Shown one piece after another: positions 1 through 12,323 of a DNA stretch of 64,000 nt. Under the pieces are notes generated by a model. That model saw nothing but the letters and a program-made list of their open reading frames with translations, searched no databases and was not told where the DNA came from. Origin of the DNA: Folioceros fuciformis (lineage: Eukaryota); assembly GCA_049999805.1 (NCBI GenBank), contig JBNGIO010006013.1, forward strand, positions 102,336 through 166,335, given 5' to 3'. The position numbers and the translations under genes were made by a program. Each line of letters starts with the position of its first letter. Positions within the stretch are counted from its first letter, which is position 1.

Positions 1-328
1 CCAGTTGGGTTCATACTAGACTAGTTCTAGTTATTAGTGAACTTAGGATAGTGTAGATTATCCCATATTGAACCTGGAAGTTGTGTAGCCCTAAATGTAC
101 TACTTAAATGGAGACCTCGGACCTCCATAGTAAGACAGTGGTGATGTGTATTGTTTTCATGGTTGTGATCACCAATACCACCCTCTCTTCTCTCCTCTCC
201 TCTCCTACACTTGCACGTAGACTGGAGTCGATCCTATTGATAGTAACCAATAATACGTAGCCGCTCCAATGCTCTTCCTCATGATCAGACACACCTTGGC
301 TTGAACACTAGCAGTAGGTACTATATCA
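1..328 (+). mobile_element. Partial LTR related to the adjacent Copia LTR (cut by window start)
   Basis: 41-73 (acttaggatagtgtagattatcccatattgaac) is identical to 472-504 in the Copia LTR. Ends in ...tatca, an LTR-like 3' end. Confidence 0.5.
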
Positions 329-425
329 GGGAAAACTAGTGACAACATCTTGCAAGCCCACTGATTAGTTCCTAGATAGTTCCTCCAGCTCGTTTTCGGC
401 ATCCCTTGAGATCCAAGCAAGAGTT

Positions 426-686
426 TGTTAGAAATCAAGCTCTAACTGAATTGTTATTAAGAGCATACAACACTTAGGATAGTGTAGATTATCCCATATT
501 GAACTCGTAGTTATCTACCACCTAAGTGTTATCAAGATATATTAAGATATACTAAGATATTGCACCCTCAAGACTAAGGCTTACCTTATCAAGGGTTGCC
601 CCGCCTGAAGGCTATATATGTAGCATCACGTGCACCATAAGGAATGTACTGTGGAGTCCATCTAAGCTAGTGGTGCTATTTCAACA
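426..686 (+). repeat. 5' LTR
   Basis: tgttagaaatc...atttcaaca, followed directly by a tRNA-Met-type PBS. Confidence 0.95.
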
Positions 687-1549
687 TGGTATTAGAGCCA
701 GAGAGAGCGTCGGCGGCCATGGTGGCTATGGCGGGGGTTTGAGGCTATGGCCGTGAGTGTGAAGGTGGCTGGCAACGCAAGCTATTGAGAGGCGTAGGAG
801 GCGCAGCGGCGTAGCTGGCGTAGGAAGCCGCAACAGGCGCCATAGACGCAAGAGCGCACGAGAGGCGCGAGAAGGAGAGAGACTCAGGAGGAGCAGCAAC
901 TACTGGAGGCAACCAGGCCGTGGAAGCCACAACATGCCCAGGATCTGTGAGGAGGAAGGCCTGAACTTGGCAAACAGTGTTTTGTTTTGTTTTTTTTTTT
1001 TTTTTTTTAACTACTGTGATTGCTGCACATCAACTTGGATAGGAGTGTAGGACTACCTGAACTACGCAGGCACAGAAGAACATTTCTGAAGCTAGCTGGA
1101 CAATCTGGATTGTCAGGACCGCCTCCTCCATCAGACTTCGAAAGTGCAAGAAGGATGTTCGCTGACTAACTCTGTCAAGAGCTGTCTCGTAGATGACAGG
1201 ATTACTGAAGGTTGCAAGAAGCCTTCTCCCTGTGACATCTCTAACTGTCTAAGCAGGCAGATAACAATGGCATAAATAAGGGCTACTGTTTGATAGTACT
1301 TTTTTTTGTGTCAACTTAGATATAGGGAGAGTAGAAAGCAGAAAAACTGGAAATGAGGGATATGAATCCTCAAGTAGTGAGAGCATTGACAGTGAGTTTG
1401 GCATTCCGTATGTGGAAACGCTAGGTGCTAAGGAGCAACGATATGCAAGGTAGGTTCAAACTGAACCAAGACCAAGGAGATCTGAGAGCGTTAGGAAACC
1501 CATTGACAGGTACACCTATACAAGCTACAATGCGCAACATTATGCGTAT

Positions 1550-3105
1550 ATGACAAGGGTCACAGCTTGTAAGGAGCCAACCAAGTTTGCTGAGGTAGCG
1601 ACAGATGATAACTGGTGTCAAGCCATGGATGAAGAATACTCCACATTAGTTGAGAACGGAAGGTGGGATTTGGTTCAATTGCCTGATGGCAAGGTTCCTA
1701 TTGGTTCTAAGTGGGTGTACAAGCTGAAGTTCAAGTCAGATGGAACGCTAGAGCGTTACAAGGCCAGGTTGGTTGCAAAGGGATATGCACAACAGTATGG
1801 TCTTGATTATGAGGAAACCTTTAGTCCAGTAGCCAAGATGACAACTGTAAGGACAGTCATAGCATTAGTTGCAGCTAAAGGATGGAAGTTATAGCAAATG
1901 GATGTCAAGAATGCTTTCTTGAATGCTGAGTTGCAGGAGGAAGCGTACTTGGAACAGCCTGAAGACTATGTTCATCCTAAGTTTCCAACGTACGTATGCA
2001 AACTGAAGAAGGCATTGTATGGACTCAAACAGGCACCTAGAGCATGGAATGCTCGTATCACAAGCTATTTGAAGGAGCGAGGGTTTGTGATTGGAGACGC
2101 AGATCACTGTTTGTTTGTAAAACTGACCAAGGGAGGACAAGTGTGTCTTGTTTTTTATGTTGACGACCTGATCATCACAGGAGATGATGCAAATGGTATT
2201 GCAGATGTCAAGGCGAATCTGCAAAAAGAGTTCAAGGTGAAGGATCTTGGTGAACTCACATACTTCTTAGGAATTGAGGTTGTGTCTACACCTCAAGGAA
2301 TCTAGCTATTGCAAAAACAATATGCTAAGGATATGCTGCAGAAGTATGGCATGGCAGATTGCAAAGCGATGGATACACCATTGGAGCAGAACGTCAAACT
2401 GCAAATGGATGTAGGAACTGAGCTGGAAAATGTGGCCATGTATCGACAGATGGTCGGAAGTTTGATCTACTTGACTATGACACGTCCTGACTTAAGTTAT
2501 GCAGTAGGACTGATTAGTCAATTCATGCAGAACCCAAGGAAACTGCACTTGGATGTAGTTAGAAGAATCATGAGATATGTGAAAGGAACTATTGAGTTTG
2601 GATTGCTCTATGAGCATAGGAAGCATCTTGAACTGACAGGATATACAGATGCTGATTGGGCTGGCTGTGCGTATGACAGAATATCAACCAGTGGATATGC
2701 ATTCAGTTTGGGAAGTAGTATGATCAGTTGGCAAAAACAAGAAACAACCGATAGTTGCTTTGTCAAGCATAGAAGCAGAGTATCGAGAAGCTGCAATGGT
2801 AGCCTGTGAAGTAGCTTGGTTGCATAAGTTGCTACATGATCTTGGAAATATAGTGAACAGAAAAGGTCACAATCTACTGTGACAACATGAGTAGCATGAG
2901 GTTGGCTACTAATCCTGTGTTTCATGCTCGTTCGAAGCACATAGAAGTACATTATCATTTCATCAGGGAAGTGGTATTATCTGAGAAGATAGATCTTCGG
3001 CACGTGAAGACCGCAGACCAGGTAGCAGATATCTTTACTAAGTCGCTAGGTGGAGATAAGTTCTTACACTTTTGTGAACTACTTGGAGTGTTACAAATAG
3101 TCTGA
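1550..3105 (+). pseudogene. Copia pol remnant (reverse transcriptase + RNase H)
   Basis: [39 protein letters not shown] and KHIEVHYHFIRE motifs. In-frame TAG stops at 1892 and 2303 plus frameshifts near 2730-2870. Confidence 0.95.
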
Positions 3106-3118
3106 GCTTGAGGGGGAG

Positions 3119-3379
3119 TGTTAGAAATCAAGCTCTAATTGAATTGTTATTAAGAGCATACAACACTTAGGATAGTGTAGATTATTCCATATTGAACTCG
3201 TAGTTATCTACCACCTAAGTGTTATCAAGATATATCAGGATATACCAGGATATTGCACCCTCGAGACTAAGGCTTACCTTATCGAGGGTTGCCTCGCCTG
3301 AAGGCTATATATGTAGCATCACGTGCACCATAAGGAATGTACTGTGGAGTCCATCTAAGCTAGTGGTTCTATTTCAACA
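3119..3379 (+). repeat. 3' LTR
   Basis: Direct repeat of 426-686 with about 10 substitutions, preceded by the PPT. Confidence 0.95.
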
Positions 3380-4400
3380 GGGTTCCTATGGTAGGGACCC
3401 AAACTCCCCTTTCCTGCCTCCCACGCCAGCACATAAGGGGCACAACTGTTTTAAATGGGTGTGGAAACCACAAAGACTACACCTTAGAGGAAGGTTAGGA
3501 TAATCCAGAAGCTGTGTAAAACATTTAGTTGAATCTTCGGGGTCTTTGATAATTACTCTTGCTGGCAAAGATGAGAGGTTATCCACCTGAACCCCAAACT
3601 TTGGCAGCTTCAAGATGTCGAAAAAAGCTGAGTCAACCTTGGGGAGAACCACCACTTCCCTATTGCTTCCAAAATCTTCCTGATCAAGGGCACAAGTTGG
3701 ACTGGTAACGCCGGCAGCCTCACCCAAAGCAAATGTTGCTTTATTCGAGACTGCTTGAGCGTGCTACCGGGTGTCCATGCTTCCACTAATATAGGAGTGG
3801 TTTTCCACTCCTATATGAAGTGTGGAGGAGTGCATTTGTGCCCTCCACAGAGTTACATTTGATTTGGAAGGAGTGGTCTTCTTTTAGGAAGACATACGTA
3901 GGGGGGGGCTCCAATGACCTCCTCTACCCATGCCTCCAACTCCTGCACAGAGGGGGCGTTCCCCTAAGTAAGACATCCCACCATTAAGGTAGCTGAAAGT
4001 CGCTCTTCCTCTTGCTAGAAAAAGTTCTCTTCTGTTACAATATTCGCTGGAGGACCAAGCTTGATACTGTCCAAGTCATTAGCAGCTGCAGAGCCCTTCT
4101 ATGAACGTACGTCCATGTTGCCAAAACCCGTGGAAAAGTCAGACAAAGGTGTCCGTACCATCGAGGGCATGTTCTCCGCGACAAAGTCCGTTGCTGAACC
4201 GCCCGGCCTGCTACGTCCATCGTGCAACCTAAGGTTATTAGTACCACCACCGTACTTGGCCTCAGTGATCCTGGCCGCCCACGTGTTGGCTGTTGATGTC
4301 GAAGCTCCCCGTGGGGGGCTCGTGGACGCCATCCCGCTGTCTACAGGCCTATATCGGTGCCATCCTTACTTCCTCTGTAGCGTCCGCCTGATTAGGCATC
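3380..4400 (-). mobile_element. LINE ORF1 remnant interrupted by the Copia element
   Basis: ORF 3386-3727 has LDYPNLPLR-CSLCGFHTHLKQLC (CX2CX4HX4C zinc knuckle), typical of plant L1 ORF1. The upstream ORF 4099-4332 has a TWAA N-terminal-like motif. Confidence 0.6.
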
Positions 4401-5769
4401 AATTTTGAATTCTTCCCATTTTCATTCATTGTTGGCTTTATCCATTATAATAAAGTATCACCACAAGTTGCAAGCTTTTATTGTCTCCTTTTCTTTGTTC
4501 TCTTTCCAAGTTTACATGCTCAAACTTGTTGTATGTGGTCCTCTACAACTCTAGCTCTCCTTGAAAGTATACATTGTGGAAAGAAGCGTTGACTCTTGTT
4601 GTCCATTTGTGATTTGTTGTTCATTTGGGATATCTACCTAGGCAATAATATCATGCTGTTCATTTGATTTGTTGTTGAGTTTGAAGATCTTCCTCAACAA
4701 TAATGTTATGTAGACCATCTATGATATGTTATTGAGTTTGGAGATCTATCTTGGCTCCAATATGTTGTTGGCTTATTAAAATTGCTCAAGGATTGTCAAA
4801 ATCTTTGTGCATAGCATCTTCTTTGCATTCTTAAGCAAGACATCCTTGAAAAGAGGAAGATATGATGTATCACCCAAATCAAATAGAAATTCCTTGCTCA
4901 TCTTTAAGAAGCCATGATTTTCTTTTGGATCCCATTGAAATTCCTTGTTTATCTTAATTTTTTCAACAATATGGCTAGCCTCATCAATAGCAATCTTGAG
5001 ATTTTTGGGTTAAAATTGGATTAACATCCATATTAGGTACTGATGACGAGCCAATTCCTAAATTTAGTTTTTACGTGGTGACCTTTCCTTGGCCAATATT
5101 GTTGCCACTTTTATAAGAATTCAATGTTGGTGGGCTTTAACCTAGTATCACAATAGGTTTGGGTTGGCCCACTTCTAGTTTGCTGACTTGCCATGGCATG
5201 GGGTGATAGCTTCAACATTTTTGTCTTCTTTAGATTAATGATCTTGGTTTTAAATTTTGACTTGCCATCATGTCTGCATCTTGTCTTGCGGTCGTGTCCG
5301 CCATCATTGAACGTAATAGTATGGTTGTTGGTCTTGTGTTTAGATCATGACTTGCCATCATGTTACATTGTTGAGGTTGCCTTTTGGTTGCGCCTGCCAT
5401 CACTAAATCCAAAGGTTTTGTGATTAGAAATGCCATCATGTTTTGCTACGGTTGAGGTGCCATAACATATGGTTGATCTTGAGGTGTTGTTACCGTTATA
5501 TGTTGTTGTGGTTGAGGTGTCATAAAGTATGGCCGTGCTTGAAGTGTTGTTGTCATCATGTATTGTTGCTCTTGAGGTGCCATAATACATGGTTTTTTGT
5601 GAGGCGTTGTCAAGTATGTTTGAGCTTTTCCTTGTTGTATCCCCCATCATGGTTCCCTTGATAATTATTCCTCTTGTATTATGGGGTTGCCTTATCATTG
5701 CAATTTAATGTTGCATTGTTATTACTTGCCATGCATCATTGCAGAGGGAATCTTGTTCGTCCGCTATTG

Positions 5770-6500
5770 CCACATCCCTGTTCATGGTTGTACCCGCATC
5801 CTTGTTCTTGGATCATTGTTCTTGGTTGTAGTTGTATCCCTGTTCATGGTTGTACCCGCATCCTTGTTCTTGGATCATTGTTCTTGGTTGTAGTTGTATT
5901 CTTGTTCATGGTTGTACCCGCATCCTTGTTCTTGGATCATTGTTCTTGGTTGTAGTTGTATCCCTGTTCATCGCTGTCGCCGCATCCTTGTTCTTGGATC
6001 ATTGTTCTTGGTTGTAGTTGTATCCCTGTTCATCGCTGTCGCCAAATCCTTGTTCTTGGATCATTGTTCTTGGTTGTAGTTGTATCTTGGTTGTAGTTGT
6101 ATCCATGTTCATCGCTGTCGCCGAATCCTTGTTCTTGGATCATTGTTTTGGGTAGTAGTTGTATCCCTATTCATCGCTGTTGCCGCATCCTTGTTCTTGG
6201 ATCATCGTTCTTGGTTCTAGTTATATCCCGTTCATTGTTGTTGCCGCATTCCTGTTCATCCACAATTGCCGGATCATTGTTCTTGGTTGTACTTGTATCA
6301 TTGTTCATGGTTGTAGCCGCACCCCTATTAATCGTTGTTGCCACATTCCTTTTCATCGCTATTGCAGCATTTCTACTCATGGTTGTTGCTGCAACCTTCT
6401 TCATCGTTGTTGCCACATTCCTATTTATTATTGTTGCCGGACCCTTGTTCATCGCTGTTGCCACATTCCTATTCGTTTACTATTGCCNNNNNNNNNNACA
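5770..6500. repeat. 62-bp minisatellite, degenerating at the 3' side
   Basis: Unit ~gtacccgcatccttgttcttggatcattgttcttggttgtagttgtatccctgttcatggtt. Near-identical ORF starts recur at 5832 and 5894. Confidence 0.9.
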
Positions 6501-6694
6501 TTCCTATTCGTTTACTATTGCCACACCCTTGTTCATCGCTGTTGTTGCATCCCTATCCCTATTCTTATCCATTATAATAAACAATCATTGTTCGAATATC
6601 CATTATAATAAAGTTGCAAGCTTTTGTTAATTCTTTTCTTTTGTTCTCTTTCCAATTTTCTATGCGCAATCTAGCGCTGTGATCGGATGAACCC

Positions 6695-7010
6695 GATGGA
6701 GAATGAAGAAACCAACAAGTCTCCTTTACAATACACACTATGGAAAGAAGCCGACGGAGATAGAAGAAACCAACAAGTCTTCTTGAAAGTATACTTTATA
6801 AGAAGAAGTCGATAGGGAAAGAGAAACCAACAACTCTTCTTAAAAGTATACTCTATGGGAAGAAGCTAATGGAGAAAGAGGAAAGCACCAACTCTCTTTG
6901 AAAGGATACTCTATGGGAAGAAGCCAATGGAGAAAGGGGAAACCAACAACTCTCCTTGAAAGTATACATTATAGGAAGAAGCTGATGGAGAAAAAAAAAA
7001 ACCAACAAAG
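6695..7010. repeat. ~58-bp degenerate tandem repeat
   Basis: Recurring gaaaccaacaactctccttgaaagtatac...ggaagaagc, about 5-6 copies. A related single copy lies at ~4550-4590, and 4441-4510 resembles 6599-6660. Confidence 0.8.
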
Positions 7011-7200
7011 TAATAAGGAAAATGTCTTCATTGTTAAGCACAAATAATAAGAATAGTATAATGATTGTTGAAAGTATAGATGATGGGAAGAAGTTGATGC
7101 AAAGAAGAAAGACCAAAAGAGTACTAGAGCCTCAACGTCAGCATACTTCTGGATGGGTAAAGAACTCAAATATGATGATAAACAGCAGCCCAAGTATTAT

Positions 7201-7743
7201 TTATAAGATTTGAGGCCATGGGGTCCGTATATACACAAAGTTATGTACCCTAAATTATAAGACTTGCAGCGCATGGGCTCCTTATATACTCAAAGTTACG
7301 TCTCTTAAATTATAAACTTGAGGCCCATAGGCTCCTTATATACTCAAAGTTATGTGCCCTAAATTATAAAACTTGTGGCCCATGGGCTCCTTATACACTC
7401 AAAGTTATGTCTCTTAAATTATAAAACTTGAGGCTCATAGGCTCCTTATATCCTCAAAGTTATGTCTCTTAAATTATAAGGTTTGAGGCCCATGGGCTTC
7501 TTATATACTCAAAGTTATGTACCCTAAATTATAAGGCTTGAGGCCTATGAGCTACTTATATACTCAAAGTTATGTCCCTTAAATTATAAGATTTGAGGCC
7601 CATGGGCTCTTCTATACATAAAGTTATGTACCCTAAATTATAAGACTTGAGGCCGATGGGCTCCTAATATACTTGAAGTTATGTACCCTAAATTATAAGA
7701 CTTGAGGCCCACTGGCTCCTTATATACTCAAAGTTATGTACCC
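7201..7743. repeat. 55-bp tandem array, about 10 copies
   Basis: Unit aaattataagacttgaggcccatgggctccttatatactcaaagttatgtaccct. Confidence 0.95.
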
Positions 7744-8531
7744 ATAAGGAAACTGATATAATTAAAAATTCTAGCGCAAAGCTTACCTAAAGACTTCCTC
7801 CCTTCCCTTAGCAAGAGTGGAATTTAAACAAAACACGTGCAGGCCAGGTACAATAAATGTTGGTTTGAGTGTCAAGCCCCTTCCCTTAGCAAGAGTGGAA
7901 TTAAACAAAACACGTGCAGGCTAGGTACAATAAATGTTGGTTTGAGTGTCAAGCAAGTAAGCTCCATGCAGAGGCATGTTTAGCAGAGCAGGTTACTAAG
8001 AGCATGAGAAGCATGCAGCCCTAGGAAAAGTGTGTGGTAGTGAATAATAGCTTAAGGCTTAAGTAAGTGCTTAAGTAAGTAGTTGCTAAGTTAGTGACTT
8101 GAGCTTGTGTACAAAAGGGGACCTAGCCAAGGGCTAAAGAAAGTTCAGTACAGTGGGGTTGAGATGAGTATCTTCTCAAAGCCTTGAGAGCACTGGGTGC
8201 TTGGGCTATGCCTTGAGAGCATGTGTTGCTTGGGCTGTGAGAGCACATGAAAGGTGCTGTGAAGGAGCTGTGGGAGGAGGCCAAGAGAAGGGAGAGCTAA
8301 ACTCCTAGCTTAGGCAAAGATGGGGAGTTCTCTCTAGCCCTCCAGCTCTGTATGTTCTTGTTGACTCGTGATTTGAATAAAGAGCAGCAGCAAGGGTGCA
8401 GGCTGCGAGTCCTCCTAGAAGAGGAGGGCGGGCTACTTGGAGGCCTAGTGCTGTGTCCGGTGTTTAAAACTGACACTTGCTTTGGCTTCTAACGGCGTGG
8501 TTCTGCCCCACCCCGTTGAAGGGGGTGTTAC
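7744..8531 (+). mobile_element. Possible solo LTR containing a 78-bp tandem duplication (7800-7953)
   Basis: Ends in gggggtgttac (LTR-like terminus) and has no coding signal. The duplication is directly visible; the termini are imperfect. Confidence 0.35.
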
Positions 8532-10470
8532 TCTATAACTGGTTACGTCATCTTTGAATGTCTCTTATGGGCACATGCAAAGTGGAATCCATAAAATCCA
8601 AAAGAGCGGGAGCTTTCGCGTTGTAGTGGCTCAAATATAGTGTGTCCTAAGCAAAATAACATATTTCCGGTCATTGGTGTACAACGGGCATGTCGTGGTG
8701 TTGGTTTCAAAGTTGTGGCTATGGTCTTATCGGGAATTAAAATATGGGACAACGACTGGACCCTAGTCTCTCGTACGCCAACTACATGTCCTGCACAGAG
8801 CACCGTGTGTCATTATCAGCGAGACCAAGTTGTGGGACTGGTCACTAGCAGCTGTCCTGATCCGCTCACCCAGCTTGAGCTAGGGCGGCTTCTCTGGCTC
8901 CAGCCAGCGGGGCCCCTGCGCCTGCCTTTGCCGGCCCCGCTGCTCCTCTCCACATCTGCTGGTGGAGCGTGAGCTTGGTGGACGCAACAATCATGGCATT
9001 GGCCTGCCCTGCTGCCTTAAATGCGTCTCCTGTTGGAGCCTCGTGAAGAGCGTCGGAGTGTCGGGGAGTTTTGTGTGCAGGAGCCCTGCAAATTGCGGCA
9101 CGGGGACCAGTCTGCGACCCCTCTCTCCCAGCGACGCACAATCAACGTGACTCAAGCCAGACAGCTGGTTGTTGGAGAAGTCCATTGCCTGCTTCAGAAG
9201 CTGGTTTGGTTTGGTAGCCACTGGACTTCTCCAGCAACCACCTTTCTGGTTAGTTTTGAGATCTCCATGTGCTCGTTGCTTCCTACGACTCCCGACCCGT
9301 GGCCGCCGGATGTGATTTGTGTTTGCCGCCGTAGCCCGTTTTGATCGCAGATCTTGCTCTCTGTCGAGGCTGCAGGCTGAGCAGCCTTGGTCTCTTTCGG
9401 TTTACCGATCTCCCTCGGCGGGAGCTGTTCGGGCGCTATCGCAGCGTGGATGTCGCAGATTCTACTTATGCTGGCTAATTGAGTAAGTGAAGGGCAGGCA
9501 AGCCTGTGTTTGTTCCGCACTGAATTGTCTCCACTCCCAGATCTGAGAACTGGTCCTGTAAATTGTGTCGACGGCTGCTCCTCTCATTTACGCCACTGTT
9601 ATGATGCATCTGAAAAGACGCTTATCATCTGCGTTCCTGACTCGTAGCCTCAGATCTGGTAGACAGCGTCTTTGAAATAGTCGACATGGGCGTAACTCCA
9701 CGCGTAATGTCGAACAGCACGTGCCTCCAGTTAGGGGCTTGTCCGGACGTCACTCGTCTCTCGCACTCATACGAAACGTTTCTCTGGGTGTCGGACTTGC
9801 TCACACTTCCGTCTGCGTTTTAGGCGACAAGCCGCCCATCGAAGGCACGCAGGTCTTTAAAAGAAAGGCGGATGGCGAAGGGAGGCAGGTTAGAATCTTC
9901 AGGGTTTTATTGTACATGACACTCTCCAAATTAGTGAGAGACAAGCGCGACGGCCGAAACACTTTTGCCATGGCATAACTGAACAAGCTACGTCGTAGGA
10001 ACGTTAAAAAAACTCAAGTCTTCACGTCGGGAAAACTTGAGCAAAATAGGTTCATGTAAGAAAGCTTGCGCAAGCTAGCTACATAGGTAGTCCAGGTGTT
10101 AGAACATCCTCATCCACAGTACAGCGCACTGCATGCCAACCTCCCTCCAAAAAAACGAAGTCGCATCAAATCCTCCCATTTCCCATATAAGCGAAGGAAG
10201 GACTGAGGGTCGCATCGTTGAAAAGGACCAACAGCTATGCAGATAATCTGTACAGAGATGAGAATGCTATATCTAAGCTGACCGAGCCAATAGTCCCTTG
10301 GAACAAATAAGGCTGGCACATCCCGGTGTACAAAGGCTGTGCCAAGACCTGGTGCCAGTTCAGAACTCCCTGTCTCAAGTAACAATAAGCATCAGCTCCA
10401 CCAACCACCTGGCCATAATGATGAAACGAGTACTCCCTGAAACCATGCTGAAATCACCACCTTTCCTGGC

Positions 10471-11850
10471 TCAGACTCCCATAACCGCTCTCCTCCTCTT
10501 CGCCACGGGAGGGGAGGCTGGGGCCGACTGAAGACCAAGATCTGGAACAAGGAAGGCATCGTCAAGCAATTCTGGGACCAGAGCCATATCCTGCTTCCCT
10601 TTGCCTTTAAGAGTGCCGTTCACTCTACCCGGCCTACTGGACAGTCCTGAGGCAGCAGTAGACAGCTGCGGGACTTCGTGAAGAGATTCGGCATACAACT
10701 GCTCATCGAAGAGGCTAAGATCTGCGGTCCAGTCGAGGTCTCGAAGATTTGGCACATCGGCCTGCACAAAAACAACAGACACCGAAACACACAGAAAAAC
10801 CCGATTCCTTAAGAAACCTTCAGTCAGCGCAGAAACCCGTCCTAAAATCGCATGATATCTGAGAGAAAGAATGGACGTCCACGGACGATAGGAAAGCAAG
10901 TTATTCAAGGCGTGGGGCAGCAGAAAACGGGAAGGGAGACACCTACCTTGGATGAGCAAACGTCTCCTAAACTGTAACCATCTGCCAGCTCCGGTATGTT
11001 AAGCAGCTCCTCCACATGCCAGCCAGGCACACCCTCGATGAGGTACTCGGATATGCTGCTCCTTCTAGCAACACCTCCATTCCCGCCCTGGCCGTACAGC
11101 TGGCCGTAGGAAAGGGCAGAATAGGCGGGCCTCGAAAGAGACCCACAAGTCCCGCCACCACCACCGCCGCCAACAACGACGGCAGTCCTACCCGTGGAAA
11201 CCCCGCTACCAGCCGGCTGCGGAGCAGGAGGCGGAGCAGGCGGCGGCAGCGACGCCTTGGGCAATTGGTACATCTTTCCACCGGTCACTGACGGACTCGT
11301 AACGGCTACAGGCAGAAGAGGCAAAGAATGGGAGTGCGACTGCGAGTGCGACTGGGAATGAGAGTGCGACTGGGAGTGCGAGTGGGAATGCACTGCATCC
11401 TCCTGAACTGCGTCCCCGGGCCTCACCTCGCCCCGTATGGCCTCCAAGGCAACTCTGGTCCCGGGCACCAGGAACCGCTGGTGGTTGGACGAGAGGTGGT
11501 TCGCGGAGTGGATAGACACATCGCACTCCCGACACAAGAGCGCACGATCCTCCAGGCAGAAGAAGAAGCCATTCTTTTCCTGCACACCAGCCCACACCAG
11601 CGTAAGCTTCCGCTACTACAGACGTAGCCCATCACCACAAACAGAAACTCGTCCCCACGTGCACCACCTGGCAAATGTCGCAGCGAGGCGAGTCTCCGAC
11701 GTTCCCGAGCAACGACACCCGGTGATGCTTATTGGCCAACTTGTTGGCCGCATGCACCCGCAGGTCGCAGTCCACGCAGAGCGCGGCCTCGTCCGCGCAG
11801 CACATCACCGAGGCCGGAGCCCGCTCGCACACATCGCACTGCACTCGCAT
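10471..11850 (-). CDS. BBX: Double B-box zinc finger protein, BBX group IV (STO/BBX21-24-like)
   Basis: Exons 11850-11668, 11579-10947 and 10761-10471, all GT-AG and in frame. [21 protein letters not shown] and [14 protein letters not shown]-boxes, SSISEYL...PGWHVEELL motif, VPDLG motif and KRRR NLS. Confidence 0.93.
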
Positions 11851-12292
11851 CTTGTCCCGTGTCCTGCCGCGGCCTGGCGAAGCAGCCGCATCCGCGACGG
11901 ATCCAAGCCCTCCTCCCCTCCCTTGCGTCGCTTGCCTTCCCACCTCCTTGCCCTCCTCCACACCCTTGTCGCCTCCACGAGTGGCTGAGGCTGGAGAGCT
12001 CGCCGAAGCCGCAGAGCAAAAGGGTTGGCTGGAGTGCCGGCGGGAGCAGATGGCCGTGAGTGGATGTGCGGAATGCGGTAGGTAGGCGTGCACGGAACGG
12101 GAGCGACCTCCGGGCGCCGAGCCCAGGCACCGACCGACGGTCGCCAGGCTCGTGACAGCAAATATCCAGACACCCGGGCCACAAAACAGGATGGGCCAAG
12201 CCTCCAGCGGGCAAGTCTCCCGCCTCCCCGTCTCCAGGGTGCAGATTGTGAGCCGGTGTCCGAGACCCTGGTCCCATCGAGCCCCGGCCCCC

Positions 12293-12323
12293 TGACGTCC
12301 GGGCAGCCGGGGGCGGGCACGTG
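12293..12323. promoter_or_regulatory. ACGT-core elements (TGACGT and G-box CACGTG) upstream of BBX
   Basis: Motifs seen about 450 bp upstream of the BBX ATG. Function is inferred only. Confidence 0.3.

Larger units (their letters stand above)
426..3379 (+). mobile_element. Ty1/Copia LTR retrotransposon, internally deleted and non-autonomous
   Basis: Two 261-bp TG...CA LTRs (426-686, 3119-3379). PBS tggtattagagcc at 687, PPT gagggggag at 3110-3118, TSD gagtt/gggtt. RT and RNase H motifs inside. Confidence 0.95.

Noticed and set aside
5674-6630. Cys-rich and hydrophobic ORFs resembling membrane proteins
   Set aside because: Translations of the 62-bp minisatellite in shifting frames.
7201-7743. 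CRISPR-like array of palindromic repeats
   Set aside because: Units are contiguous with no unique spacers, there are no cas genes, and the context is eukaryotic.
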